Source: an uncultured Clostridiaceae bacterium
Lineage (GTDB): Bacteria; Bacillota; Clostridia; TANB77; CAG-508
NCBI GenBank assembly: GCA_947167695.1
Contig: CAMVIX010000001.1
Span: forward strand, 8,680-72,679
Reading direction: 5' to 3'
DNA length: 64,000 nucleotides
Both the position numbers and the translations under genes were made by a program. Under the pieces are notes generated by a model. The model saw only the letters and a list, made by a program, of their open reading frames with translations, was not told the DNA's origin and did no database searches. This document shows, in pieces, positions 48,807 through 59,452 of the stretch (position 1 is the first letter of the stretch; every line of letters starts with the position of its first letter).

Positions 48807-49391
48807 CTAAATTGCATAATCTTTAAATAAATCTGTGTCTTTAAGTTCTGCAAGGGTTGGCCATTTTCCATCTTTTTCAGAGGTTAAATATTCTTCCTTC
48901 TTCATTCCATCTACTTCTGGCCATACAATTCCTACTTGCGGGTCGTCCCATTTTAGTCCACCTTCTGCTTCGTGATTATATATATCATCACATTTATATG
49001 CAAATTCTGCAAAATCGGATAAAACTAAAAAGCCATGAGCAAATCCTTTTGGTATCATAAACATTTTTTTGTTTTCTGCTGATAAAATAACTCCTTCCCA
49101 TTTACCAAATGTCTTGCTACCAGGTCTTAAATCTACAGCAACATCAAAGACCTCCCCTGATATGCACCTTACAAGTTTTGCCTGTGTATTTTCTTTTTGA
49201 AAATGAAGTCCTCTTAAAACACCCTTTTTAGATTTAGACTGATTGTCCTGAACGAATTCGGATGTTATTCCTATTTCTGCGAAATCTGCTTTGCTGTATG
49301 TTTCCATAAAATATCCTCTGTCGTCTCCAAATACAGTAGGCTCTATTATATAAACGCCGTCAATAGATGTATCTGCTCTTTTAAATTTTCC
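48807..49391 (-). CDS. rfbC: dTDP-4-dehydrorhamnose 3,5-epimerase
   Basis: Cupin fold (GVYIIEP...DDRGYFMETY...RGLHFQ). Confidence 0.85.
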   Translation of the reverse strand, partial: GKFKRADTSIDGVYIIEPTVFGDDRGYFMETYSKADFAEIGITSEFVQDNQSKSKKGVLRGLHFQKENTQAKLVRCISGEVFDVAVDLRPGSKTFGKWEGVILSAENKKMFMIPKGFAHGFLVLSDFAEFAYKCDDIYNHEAEGGLKWDDPQVGIVWPEVDGMKKEEYLTSEKDGKWPTLAELKDTDLFKDYAI

Positions 49392-49404
49392 CATGTTCTT
49401 CCTC

Positions 49405-50286
49405 CTAACATTCTTCATCTGCTAAATTCTTTAAAAAGCAACCATAATCATTTTTACTTAATTCATCTCCAAGTTTAGAGAGTTGTTCTTTAGATATCCA
49501 GCCATTTTCAAATGCAATTTCCTCAGGGCAACAAATCTGAAGTCCTTGTCTTTTTTGAATAGTTTGTACAAAGCTTGCAGTCTCTATAAGTGCATCATGT
49601 GTGCCAGTATCAAACCACGCCATGCCTCTACCTAGCTTTTCTACCTTAAGCTTATGCATATTCATATATACTTCGTTTATAGTTGTGATTTCAAGTTCTC
49701 CTCTTGCTGATGGCTTAATAGTTTTTGCAATATGTACCACATCATTTGTATAAAAATACAAACCTGGAACTGCATAATCCGATTTTGGATTTTGTGGTTT
49801 TTCTTCTATTGAAATAGCATTTCCGTTTTCGTCCATTTCAACGACACCGTAGCTTCTTGGGTCTTTAACCTTATATCCGAAAATTGTAGACATATTCTCT
49901 CTTTTATTGGCTCTAATTAAAGTTTCCTTTAGGTCTCCGCCATAAAACATATTGTCTCCTAAAATTAAAGCAACATTATCACTACCTATAAATTTCTCTC
50001 CAATAATAAATGCCTCTGCTAAACCATTAGGTTTTTCCTGTACCTCATATTCAATACTCATTCCCCATTTTGAGCCATCTCCAAGCAAAGCTTTAAAAGT
50101 AGCATTATCTCTTGGCGTTGTTATTATAAGTACCTCTCTAATTCCAGCTTCCATTAGAACATATAATGGATAATAAATCATTGGCTTATCATAAACTGGC
50201 ATAATCTGCTTTGAAATTGCAATAGTAAGTGGATATAACCTTGTTCCGCTTCCACCTGCTAAAATAATTCCCTTTCTGTTTTTCAT
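49405..50286 (-). CDS. rfbA: Glucose-1-phosphate thymidylyltransferase
   Basis: [16 protein letters not shown]. Confidence 0.9.
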   Translation of the reverse strand: MKNRKGIILAGGSGTRLYPLTIAISKQIMPVYDKPMIYYPLYVLMEAGIREVLIITTPRDNATFKALLGDGSKWGMSIEYEVQEKPNGLAEAFIIGEKFIGSDNVALILGDNMFYGGDLKETLIRANKRENMSTIFGYKVKDPRSYGVVEMDENGNAISIEEKPQNPKSDYAVPGLYFYTNDVVHIAKTIKPSARGELEITTINEVYMNMHKLKVEKLGRGMAWFDTGTHDALIETASFVQTIQKRQGLQICCPEEIAFENGWISKEQLSKLGDELSKNDYGCFLKNLADEEC

Positions 50287-50296
50287 AAAACATCTC

Positions 50297-51148
50297 CTAT
50301 CTGTTTTTTTCTTTTTCTGTCTTTAAATATCTCTGAAGTCCGTCTTCCCATTTTGGAATTGTTATCCCATAATTTAATAATTTTTCTTTAGACATTTGTG
50401 AATTTTTAGGCCTTTCAGCAGGCCTTGCAAATTCTTCTGAAGTTACGGGATTAACTTTACAATTTATTTTTTCAAATTCGAATATCTTTTTAGTAAAATC
50501 ATACCAAGTAGTATTTCCCAAGTTGGTAGAATTATATATACCATATGGTATCTTTTTTTCAAGAGATTGATGTATTATACTAGCTAAGTCAACTGCATAT
50601 GTTGGACTTCCATGTTGGTCATTTACTACATTAACTTCGTCTCTAGTTTTAGATAGTTCAATCATTGTTCTTACGAAATTTTTTCCTTCACCATAAAGCC
50701 ATGCAGTTCTAAAAATATAATATTTCAAGCAGTTCTCGTCTATAAATACTTCACCATTTAATTTAGTAGTTCCATAAACAGTTTTGGGATTCTTCTCATC
50801 TTCTTCCTTATACTCTGATGATATTTTTCTGTTACCGCCAAACACATAGTCTGTGCTTATATGTACTAATATGCAATCATTTTCTTTTGCAGAAATTGCT
50901 AAATTTCTAGGACCAATTGCATTAATTTCATATGCTAATTCTTCTTGCTCTTCAGCTTTGTCCACTGCAGTATATGCAGCACAATTTATTATTAATTCTG
51001 GTTTATTTTCTCTAACAACTTTTTTTACACTCTCTATACTGGTTATATCCAATTCATTTACATCCGTTAAAATCAATTCATTTCCAGCAAATTCTTTCTT
51101 TATTGCTTGTGCAAGCATTCCATTTGCACCTGTAATTAAAATTCTCAT
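50297..51148 (-). CDS. rfbD: dTDP-4-dehydrorhamnose reductase
   Basis: [14 protein letters not shown]...; sits in the rfbBCAD context. Confidence 0.85.
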   Translation of the reverse strand: MRILITGANGMLAQAIKKEFAGNELILTDVNELDITSIESVKKVVRENKPELIINCAAYTAVDKAEEQEELAYEINAIGPRNLAISAKENDCILVHISTDYVFGGNRKISSEYKEEDEKNPKTVYGTTKLNGEVFIDENCLKYYIFRTAWLYGEGKNFVRTMIELSKTRDEVNVVNDQHGSPTYAVDLASIIHQSLEKKIPYGIYNSTNLGNTTWYDFTKKIFEFEKINCKVNPVTSEEFARPAERPKNSQMSKEKLLNYGITIPKWEDGLQRYLKTEKEKNR

Positions 51149-51244
51149 AATATACCTCTCTATATGTATATATCATATTATTTAAATCAATATTCAGTGT
51201 TTGGAGCTTCTTTTCTATATGTTTTATTGGAGCATGTTATCATT

Positions 51245-51820
51245 CTAATTCCTCCATAAAATATTTTCCCTAATCACCTTTGCGGGATTTCCACATATAA
51301 TTGTGTTTCTATTTGCATAATCTCCAGCTATTACAGAACCAGCACCAATTACTATTCCGTCTGCCACTTTTGTTCCTTTTAAAATTTTAGTTCCTAAACC
51401 AATCCATACATTTTTACCAATTGAAATATCTTTATCCGGATTAATTCTATTTCCATTATTATCAAATATTTTATGATAATCCGAAGTGTGAATTTCTATA
51501 TTGTTTGAAAGCAGTGATCTATCTCCAATTTTTATAGTTTTTCCACCAACAGCATTAATAATCGTGGGTTGTATTTTGGAAGCATTAATCACAACATCAT
51601 TTCCAATATCTATTAGATTCGAATCCCCAAGGATTAAAACTCTTAGTCCTTTAATATTGCAGTTTTTTCCAAAAATAATTTTATTATTTTTTCCTTTTAC
51701 CACAATTTTTGTATTTCGAAATAATACCGTGCCCTTTTTTATTAATTTATTATTTTTTCCAATTGAAACAAATCTACATCCTATAATACTAATAAAGAAA
51801 CATGCTATTTTTTTTAACAT
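51245..51820 (-). CDS. Hexapeptide-repeat (LbH) sugar O-acetyltransferase
   Basis: The C-terminal hexapeptide repeats (…IGAGSVIAGDYANRNTIICGNPAKVI) are typical of WbbJ/maltose-acetyltransferase-like enzymes. Confidence 0.7.
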   Translation of the reverse strand: MLKKIACFFISIIGCRFVSIGKNNKLIKKGTVLFRNTKIVVKGKNNKIIFGKNCNIKGLRVLILGDSNLIDIGNDVVINASKIQPTIINAVGGKTIKIGDRSLLSNNIEIHTSDYHKIFDNNGNRINPDKDISIGKNVWIGLGTKILKGTKVADGIVIGAGSVIAGDYANRNTIICGNPAKVIRENILWRN

Positions 51821-51872
51821 TTTGTCTAACCTCCATATTTGTATTGTATTACTATCATTTTATTTGTACTCA

Positions 51873-53276
51873 TTAAACCTTTTTTCTGCTTGTAATTATT
51901 TTATTTATAAGTTTCAAAACACTTTTTAAATTTAATATAATCAATAGTATAAAAAGTATAATTTGTAATATTATAGAAATATTTAACGTCGCTAAGATTG
52001 CCTGTATAATTAGTACTGTCATTGATAAAAAATGTGTTTTCCATTTAACTTTCATTGTAATAAATCTTTTTAAATAAATAGTTCTTAAAACCCATACTAT
52101 AAAGTATCCGATAAAAGTTGCTAATGCAGCACCTATTATTCCACAAAAACTTATAAATATAAAGTTAAGACAAGTATTTATTATTGCTCCTATAATTGTG
52201 GTTTTTGCAACCAGTTTTGTATTTTTTGTTGCTGCAAATAGTGATCCATCAAATTGGGAAATACCACTAAATACTGTACCAATTAACAAAAATGGAACAC
52301 ATTGCCAAGCCGAAAAATAATCACCTTTGTATAAAAAACTGGCTAAAGGGATATTAATAACTAATAGTATTGAACATACTATAAATGAAACAAAACTATA
52401 TAATGTGTAATTATTTCCTATAAAACCATCTTCATCATTTTTGTCGAATTCTGCTATTGCAGAAATTGACCACGCATTAAAGAAAATATTTTGAAACATT
52501 GTTAATACCGTTGGTATTTTATATGCAACCGAATATATTCCATTATCAGTAACACCTTTTAAAAATGTTACTATATATCTATCGCTAGCATTATTAATCC
52601 ACCATGATATTGAATTTGCCACTAATGGAAAACTATATTTTATCATTGGCTTACTTAAATTATTATATTTTTTTATTCTTATATCATTATAAATTTTACC
52701 TACTATCAATTGATATAAAACTTGAACAAAAATTCCTATACTATTACTAAGCATATATCCAATAATTCCGAGCTTAAATACAAGTAAAAATAAAACGTTT
52801 AGTCCACAAGAAATTAATGTACAAATTATTCCACTTACAACAATTGTTGAAACTTTGTTTTTAGTCTTAAGATATAAACTAAAAATCTGATTAAACGCGC
52901 CCAAAACAAAATATACATTTAAAAAAACCAAATATATAATTGGAATATTGAAAACTTTTAGAATCGATATCATTAATGTAAAGATTATTAATATTAATGT
53001 GCCTTTTATCGCAACATTAATTGAAGTAGAAATGACATCTTCCTTGTTATATTTGGAATCCATTCCAAATCTTAATGTAGCATCAAATATACTTAACAAA
53101 AGAATTGGTGTTATTAAAGAAACAGTTGATGTTACTAAATCAACAGAGCCATATTCTTCTGAAGTCAGTACAGTAGTATATAAAGGAAGTAATAAAAAGG
53201 AAAGAATTTTCGATCCAAAGCTACCAATTGTAAATAAACCTATATTTTTTATTAAAGATTTATTCTTTTTCTTCAC
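51873..53276 (-). CDS. Wzx-type oligosaccharide flippase (MOP superfamily)
   Basis: 467 aa with about 12-14 transmembrane helices. It begins KNIGLFTIGSFGSKILSFLLLPLYT. Confidence 0.7.
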   Translation of the reverse strand: MKKKNKSLIKNIGLFTIGSFGSKILSFLLLPLYTTVLTSEEYGSVDLVTSTVSLITPILLLSIFDATLRFGMDSKYNKEDVISTSINVAIKGTLILIIFTLMISILKVFNIPIIYLVFLNVYFVLGAFNQIFSLYLKTKNKVSTIVVSGIICTLISCGLNVLFLLVFKLGIIGYMLSNSIGIFVQVLYQLIVGKIYNDIRIKKYNNLSKPMIKYSFPLVANSISWWINNASDRYIVTFLKGVTDNGIYSVAYKIPTVLTMFQNIFFNAWSISAIAEFDKNDEDGFIGNNYTLYSFVSFIVCSILLVINIPLASFLYKGDYFSAWQCVPFLLIGTVFSGISQFDGSLFAATKNTKLVAKTTIIGAIINTCLNFIFISFCGIIGAALATFIGYFIVWVLRTIYLKRFITMKVKWKTHFLSMTVLIIQAILATLNISIILQIILFILLIILNLKSVLKLINKIITSRKKV

Positions 53277-53291
53277 GTATTTTTCCTCCTT

Positions 53292-54074
53292 TTAATATGT
53301 GGTATCATCATAAGTAATTAATCCTGCACCACCAGTAGCGTATATAGTATCTCCTACTATCATTCTACCCATATCACTCACTAATATCGTCGCTAAATTT
53401 CCCATTTCTTCAGGCGCAGCATATCTTTTTGAAGGAGTATATTCTAAATATAGATCTTTTTCATCTTGCATATTCATCATTGGTGTGCTTGTAGGCCCTG
53501 GTGCAAGTCCATTAACTATAATTCCATATGATAAATATTTTTTTGCCAGACCCAAAGTTAAACTTCTTTCACCCCATTTTGATATAATATATGGTGAAAT
53601 TCCAGGTCGTAATGCCGATGAAGATGTAATGTTTAATATATTTCCTTGGATTTTTTTATTAATCATGTACTGGGCAATTTCTTGTGATATAAAATATGTT
53701 CCTTTTAGATTTGTATCTAATACTTTATCATAATCTTTTTCTAATGTGTTTGGAAATAAATCTCCACCATTTACCCCAGCATTATTAACAAAAATATCAA
53801 CTGTTTTTGTTTCTAAAAAATTTCGCAAATCTTTTTGCATTTTTTCAATGCATGTAATATCTAATACTAACAGTTCTATTCTGTCCTCTGTACATTGACA
53901 TTTATCAATAAGTAATTTTTTAGCCGTCTCCAATTTACTTATTTCTCTACTACTAATAATTACATTTGCTCCATTTTTAAGGAAGCTTTCTGCTATTGCA
54001 AAGCCAATTCCCGAACTTCCTCCTGTAATCAACGCATTTCTTCCATTAAGTAAATTTCCGATTAAACATGGCAT
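53292..54074 (-). CDS. SDR-family oxidoreductase
   Basis: NALITGGSSGIG glycine-rich loop; the start is taken at MPCLIG. Confidence 0.75.
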   Translation of the reverse strand: MPCLIGNLLNGRNALITGGSSGIGFAIAESFLKNGANVIISSREISKLETAKKLLIDKCQCTEDRIELLVLDITCIEKMQKDLRNFLETKTVDIFVNNAGVNGGDLFPNTLEKDYDKVLDTNLKGTYFISQEIAQYMINKKIQGNILNITSSSALRPGISPYIISKWGERSLTLGLAKKYLSYGIIVNGLAPGPTSTPMMNMQDEKDLYLEYTPSKRYAAPEEMGNLATILVSDMGRMIVGDTIYATGGAGLITYDDTTY

Positions 54075-54140
54075 AGTAATCTTTTCTATTTTTGTTTTTA
54101 CCAGCTTCTTTTTTAATATACTCTTTATATTCATATGGCT

Positions 54141-55856
54141 TCATCCTTTTATTTTCTTTTTTATTTCTTTAAACATTTTTTCTCCAACAATCGTCTTAAC
54201 CGCTGTTTTAACATTATCTTTTGCGGTTTTTTGTTTATTTTTGCTTACTATTTTTAAAAATGCATTACTTTCATCCGTATCAGACACAAATGCTTCAAAT
54301 AAAATTGGTCTTTCAGATTCACTAACAAAAATAGAAGATTTTTCTATAAATTCCTGCATATTGTTTGCAGAATAATACGCAAATCCGCATGATTCAGCCC
54401 AATCTTTGGCTTTTCCATGATAGTTTGCAGCTGAAATAAATCTGTCTCTGTTTTCCTTATCTTCACCATGGAGTTTAAACTCTATTCCCCCATTATTATT
54501 AACTAATAATATCCTAACATTGTTTTTAATATCCCTTATACTCAGTGCATTAATATCATATAAAAAAGCTAAATCTCCAATTATCATAAAAGATAGTTTT
54601 TCGCTTGCAATACTTTGTCCAATAAGTGTGGACATTCCACCATCAATTCCAAAAGCTCCAACATTTGAATAGCATTCAATCGAAGAGTCTAAATGGAATA
54701 GACTCCATATTCTTAAACTATTTAATATTGAAAATTGCATAATTGAATTCTTAGGAATTAAATCATGTAAATATTGTGCAATTGAAACTTGTGAAAAAGG
54801 CACTTCTATATTAGTTGTTTTTGATGAAACTTTTTGTTTCCATAGGTTATAATATGAATGTTCATCACATTTTGAATTCACATTATAGCAAAAATCCTCA
54901 AATTTCCCTTGATATACCCTTGTTAACTTGTCATAGGTATCTATAACATTCCCATCCTTACATATTCTCCAATGTTCTATATTATTAAGATTATTTTTAC
55001 TAAATGAAAGATAAAATGGGTAGTCACCTGTTTGACCACCTATTGAAATAATAATATCCGGTGATATTTCATTGATTTCTTCTACAGTTGACGTAAGTAG
55101 CATTAAGTTCCCTTCGATGGTATAATCATTGCTAAAATTCGATAAATGATTCTTGTATATCACCGTATTTGTTTTTTCACAAAATTTATTAATTGCAGTT
55201 GCCTCATTATCATTAAATGGATTATGCTCTCCTATAAGAAATAATATTCTTTTTTTTGACAAATCTTCTTGTTTTATTTCATCAGCATCATATCTTTTTA
55301 TTCTTTTTATTTCAGGCCTAATATTTGATAGTGGGAAATCTAACCAGGGCACACATAATTGTACTGGTCCAAATTCATTTTTTGTAAGTTCAAGCACTGC
55401 TTCATTTGTAACCCTGCAACTATAATAAAAATCGTTTATATCACTAATAAATGGTAATTCAAATGATTTTTTTACACAATCTCTTGGTAACGATGTTTGA
55501 TCTGGTGCTTGCATATATTCTTGATACTTAAATCTTGGATGTTTTTCCATTGTTATTGCTAATAAAGGAATTCTTTTATAAAATGCTTCTGTTAATCCCG
55601 GAATATAATTTCTTGTTGCTTGAGCACATGTGCAAATTAATGCAACCGGACTTTTCTTTTGAATAGAAATACCAATTGCAACATATGCTGCACTTCTTTC
55701 ATCTATAACTGAATAGCATTTAAAGAAAGCATCGTCTTGAACGGCTTCGATGATTGGAATATTTGTTCCACCAGGGCTAATAACTAAATCTGTTATATTA
55801 TTTTCTTTTAGTATTTGGATAATAATATCTACATTGTCCTTATTTTTAAACTCCAC
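54141..55856 (-). CDS. Thiamine-diphosphate-dependent enzyme (MenD/ALS/YerE-like fold)
   Basis: N-terminal ISPGGTNIPII (Pyr domain) and a C-terminal ThDP-binding GDLAF...NNNGG motif. Confidence 0.6.
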   Translation of the reverse strand: MEFKNKDNVDIIIQILKENNITDLVISPGGTNIPIIEAVQDDAFFKCYSVIDERSAAYVAIGISIQKKSPVALICTCAQATRNYIPGLTEAFYKRIPLLAITMEKHPRFKYQEYMQAPDQTSLPRDCVKKSFELPFISDINDFYYSCRVTNEAVLELTKNEFGPVQLCVPWLDFPLSNIRPEIKRIKRYDADEIKQEDLSKKRILFLIGEHNPFNDNEATAINKFCEKTNTVIYKNHLSNFSNDYTIEGNLMLLTSTVEEINEISPDIIISIGGQTGDYPFYLSFSKNNLNNIEHWRICKDGNVIDTYDKLTRVYQGKFEDFCYNVNSKCDEHSYYNLWKQKVSSKTTNIEVPFSQVSIAQYLHDLIPKNSIMQFSILNSLRIWSLFHLDSSIECYSNVGAFGIDGGMSTLIGQSIASEKLSFMIIGDLAFLYDINALSIRDIKNNVRILLVNNNGGIEFKLHGEDKENRDRFISAANYHGKAKDWAESCGFAYYSANNMQEFIEKSSIFVSESERPILFEAFVSDTDESNAFLKIVSKNKQKTAKDNVKTAVKTIVGEKMFKEIKKKIKG

Positions 55857-55859
55857 TAC

Positions 55860-57002
55860 TTAACCCTCCTTTAATATTTCAATAATTTTATCTTTAAATT
55901 TATTGTTTTTTTCCTCAATCTTTTTTAAAGAATTTCTATGTATTTTTTCTAGACTTTCTTTATCATCAATATATTTTATAACCATATCATATGCTGATTT
56001 TGTGCTTTCTTTTTTTGCATTTACTACATATGGATAATTAAGACTTCCAAATAATCCTTCAAATTTCATGCTATAAGAAATTGGTATGGTAAATACACCT
56101 GAAGAAAATGAAGCAATTGTAGAATGCATTCTTGAGCCTATAAATATATCCATGTTGCTTATATAGCTTTTTGCATCAATTGGATTATCAAATGCAGGGG
56201 CTAAAACTGTATTAGGATATTTTTCATGTAATTCTTTACATGTTTTATAGTCATCATCATTAGCATCATTTTTTAAATCTACTACATGTGGAATAAGGTG
56301 TACTTCATATTTTTTTGAAAGATTTTCAATTAAAACCTTTATTAATTCGGGATAATTTAATGTTAGTCCAAATTGATTTTCTTTATTAAATCCCCCTTTA
56401 AATAATAATCCCGAAACATTTAAACCGAGTTTTTCTTTATCTGACATTTGATATTTTTTTTCGTCAAATGGTAAAATAAATGCCATATCTGATGATAAAA
56501 TAGTATTTTTTATTTTCATTTTATTTTCTAGCAATTCTTGAGACATTTCATCACGGCAAAATACTACACTTGCTTTTTTTAATATAAACTTAGCTAAACT
56601 AAATGAACTTTTATGATAAAATGGCCCATATGTCTGTGGTAGGAAAACATATTTTTTACAGTTTTTAATTGCAATATATTTTTCTAGCATTAGTTTTCTA
56701 AAAAATCTTAATGAATATATATCTGAAAAACTATCTCCCATAGTAACATCAAAAATGATGTCACATTCTTTAAAACTCTTTAAATATTTATGTCCGAAAT
56801 TTCTAAATGATATGTTCTTCTTTTCAATTTCCATGTCCTTAAAATACTTTGGTACATTTCCTAAATCATATCTCGTAAAATTATAAACCGTAAATGTTTC
56901 ATCCAGCATTAAATTATTTAAAATACTTAAGAAAGAATATGATAATGCTTCACACCCTTTATTTGCCGAAGAAAACTCAAATCCTACTAATCCAATTTTC
57001 AT
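55860..57002 (-). CDS. Polysaccharide pyruvyl transferase family protein (CsaB/WcaK-like)
   Basis: Size and context fit; the N-terminal MKIGLVGFEFSSANKGCEAL resembles the family start. The motif call is tentative. Confidence 0.45.
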   Translation of the reverse strand: MKIGLVGFEFSSANKGCEALSYSFLSILNNLMLDETFTVYNFTRYDLGNVPKYFKDMEIEKKNISFRNFGHKYLKSFKECDIIFDVTMGDSFSDIYSLRFFRKLMLEKYIAIKNCKKYVFLPQTYGPFYHKSSFSLAKFILKKASVVFCRDEMSQELLENKMKIKNTILSSDMAFILPFDEKKYQMSDKEKLGLNVSGLLFKGGFNKENQFGLTLNYPELIKVLIENLSKKYEVHLIPHVVDLKNDANDDDYKTCKELHEKYPNTVLAPAFDNPIDAKSYISNMDIFIGSRMHSTIASFSSGVFTIPISYSMKFEGLFGSLNYPYVVNAKKESTKSAYDMVIKYIDDKESLEKIHRNSLKKIEEKNNKFKDKIIEILKEG

Positions 57003-58285
57003 ATAACTATCTCTCTTTTATTATTTTTATTTTGTTCATTTGAGTAAATGAAATAAAAAACTAAAATATATAATAAATGCATTCTAAATGAAGGCACAGT
57101 CGTGATTGTATATATTATCCAAAAAGCTATAAGAATATATTTAATTTTTCCAATATTATACTTCCTTGGTATTTTAAATACAAACGTAATAGCCAAAATT
57201 AAATATGATAATATTCCCATTATGCCATGTTTTACCATTTGTTCAAGCCAAACACTTTCTAACATTAATACTTGCTTTAGCCAATAATTACTCAAATAAA
57301 TATTATATTTTTCACCCAATCCCGCTAATGGAGAAATTTTTAATAACTCAAAACATCCTTCTAGCTGCATTACTCTCATAGAGAAAGAGCTTCCATTAAC
57401 TTGTTCTTGTGCACTTTCATCAAAAACACTTGTTATATAGTATGAATATTCTGATAACATTGGGCTTAAAATAAATACACCAATTATTGCAACAATCAAA
57501 AATACGTAAAACTTTGTTTTCTTAAAATCTATTAATGATACTAGCATTAATAGTAGAAAAAATATCGCAGACCTTTGTTTGGTTAACAAAATTAGTGGTA
57601 TACACATTAATGCAGTAATAATTGCTAATTTTCTATACGGAATATTTTTTCCATTTTTTATAACCAAATACATTGTAATAACAAAGTATAATGCAAAATT
57701 CATTCCAGCACCTATTGGATGCTCAAAAACGCTCGTTAACCTATAACCTCTAGCATGTTCTATACTATAATAATTAATTCCTTCACCAATAAAATCTTTT
57801 TCGTAATTTGTATAAGGGTTGTATTGTAAAAAGAATTCAACATAACCTAAAATACAAGAAAGAAAGAAAACAATTGTTACTAACTTGAAAAAATATGCAA
57901 AATCTTCTTTAGTACTAAATACATTCCAAGCAATATATATATTAATAATATTTTGAAAAATGAAAGTTATCGCTCTATTGAATTCTTCTGAAAAAGAGCT
58001 AAGTGTAGTAAAACATGTCATAATTCTAGAAATAACTATTAAAATAAATGCTAATTTAAATGGAAAACTCGCATCTCTTTTTTTTATGTACTTTGCTTTT
58101 GCAATATACATAAAAACAAAAAAAAGAGACATTGTAGTACCTAAAGGGATTGAAATATCCCCTAATTTCATAAGTTGTATGCCAAATGAAGCAAATATTT
58201 GATATGCTAAAAACCAAATAAATGCTTTTTTAAAATTCACAAACGAATACAGAATGATAATTATACCTATAATGATTAAAACCAC
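56999..58285 (-). CDS. Wzy-type polymerase / O-antigen-ligase-like membrane protein
   Basis: 428 aa, about 10-12 transmembrane helices, with a periplasmic loop near the C-terminus. Confidence 0.5.
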   Translation of the reverse strand: MVLIIIGIIIILYSFVNFKKAFIWFLAYQIFASFGIQLMKLGDISIPLGTTMSLFFVFMYIAKAKYIKKRDASFPFKLAFILIVISRIMTCFTTLSSFSEEFNRAITFIFQNIINIYIAWNVFSTKEDFAYFFKLVTIVFFLSCILGYVEFFLQYNPYTNYEKDFIGEGINYYSIEHARGYRLTSVFEHPIGAGMNFALYFVITMYLVIKNGKNIPYRKLAIITALMCIPLILLTKQRSAIFFLLLMLVSLIDFKKTKFYVFLIVAIIGVFILSPMLSEYSYYITSVFDESAQEQVNGSSFSMRVMQLEGCFELLKISPLAGLGEKYNIYLSNYWLKQVLMLESVWLEQMVKHGIMGILSYLILAITFVFKIPRKYNIGKIKYILIAFWIIYTITTVPSFRMHLLYILVFYFIYSNEQNKNNKREIVI

Positions 58286-58297
58286 AATACCTTCTCC

Positions 58298-59443
58298 TTA
58301 TTTTTGTTTTTTTATACATTTTCTTATTGCTTCTAAATAACCATATTTAAATTTTTCATCAGGTTCTAAATATCCACCTTCTGCCCATTCATTCCACGCA
58401 AAAATAAATATCATATCTTGATTATATTCGGAAATCGTTTTATCAATTAACTTGTCAAAATACATTCCAAAGCTTTCAGGATTTGAGCCTAAAACAACAG
58501 ATCCTCTTTCATGTTTTCTTGGTGTATTATCCCAATCTACGAAAGCGCATGGAATACTATTTTTGATTATAGGTTTTTGACTTAATATTTCCTCCCAAAT
58601 ATCATCATATTTATAAATTTTTAAATTTTTGTTTTTATTCATGATTTTGCTGCCACTTGCTTTGGGGAATTTTTTTTCTATATAATAATCAAATCTTCTT
58701 TTACACTGTTTAAGCGAATTAATAAATTTATTTTTTCTTCCCTTTGTAACAAACGCTGTACCGGGCTGATATTCTATAAAATAATCTATCATGCCAACAT
58801 CTGCATTTGGATTATTTAAAAGGACATCTACTCTTTGAGCCATAACACATAATCCGTCTAACCCGTTTTCCTTAGCTAATTTTTTCCAGCAATCAATCAT
58901 TTCTTTTATACAATCTATTAATTCAGGTCTATATATAATTAAAACTGGTTTACCATCCTTTTTTATATATCTTTTATCTTTTAAAAATGGTAATAAATAT
59001 TTAAAATGTGCCACCCAGTCTTTCTCTTCACCATATTTTTGTTCTATCAATACGTTATTATTAGATGAAACCCATTGATTTGTCCAATGTTCATTAGCCC
59101 AACATATACAATATGGGAAATCTATATTATCTTCTTTTAAATAGTTTTCTACTGGTTTTTCTAATAACAATTTACCATCGAACCAATAATGATAAAAGCA
59201 AAAGCCATATATTCCGTGCTCTTTCGCAATTTTAGCTTGCCATTTCATTGTATTTACATCTTTTAAATCATAATAATTATTATCTAATGGCCTTCTTGGT
59301 TGATTATGATTTTCAAAAAGTGGTTTAGCTTTTTTTACATTTACCCACTCTGTAAATCCCTTTCCCCACCATTCATTATTTTCAGGTATTTCATGAAATT
59401 GTGGTAGATAAAATGCAATTAATTTTAATTCTTCTTCTTTCAT
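58298..59443 (-). CDS. WbsX-family glycosyltransferase
   Basis: The N-terminal IAFYLPQFHEIPENNEWWGKGFTEW matches the WbsX family signature. Confidence 0.6.
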   Translation of the reverse strand: MKEEELKLIAFYLPQFHEIPENNEWWGKGFTEWVNVKKAKPLFENHNQPRRPLDNNYYDLKDVNTMKWQAKIAKEHGIYGFCFYHYWFDGKLLLEKPVENYLKEDNIDFPYCICWANEHWTNQWVSSNNNVLIEQKYGEEKDWVAHFKYLLPFLKDKRYIKKDGKPVLIIYRPELIDCIKEMIDCWKKLAKENGLDGLCVMAQRVDVLLNNPNADVGMIDYFIEYQPGTAFVTKGRKNKFINSLKQCKRRFDYYIEKKFPKASGSKIMNKNKNLKIYKYDDIWEEILSQKPIIKNSIPCAFVDWDNTPRKHERGSVVLGSNPESFGMYFDKLIDKTISEYNQDMIFIFAWNEWAEGGYLEPDEKFKYGYLEAIRKCIKKQK

Positions 59444-59452
59444 TTTTTTCTC

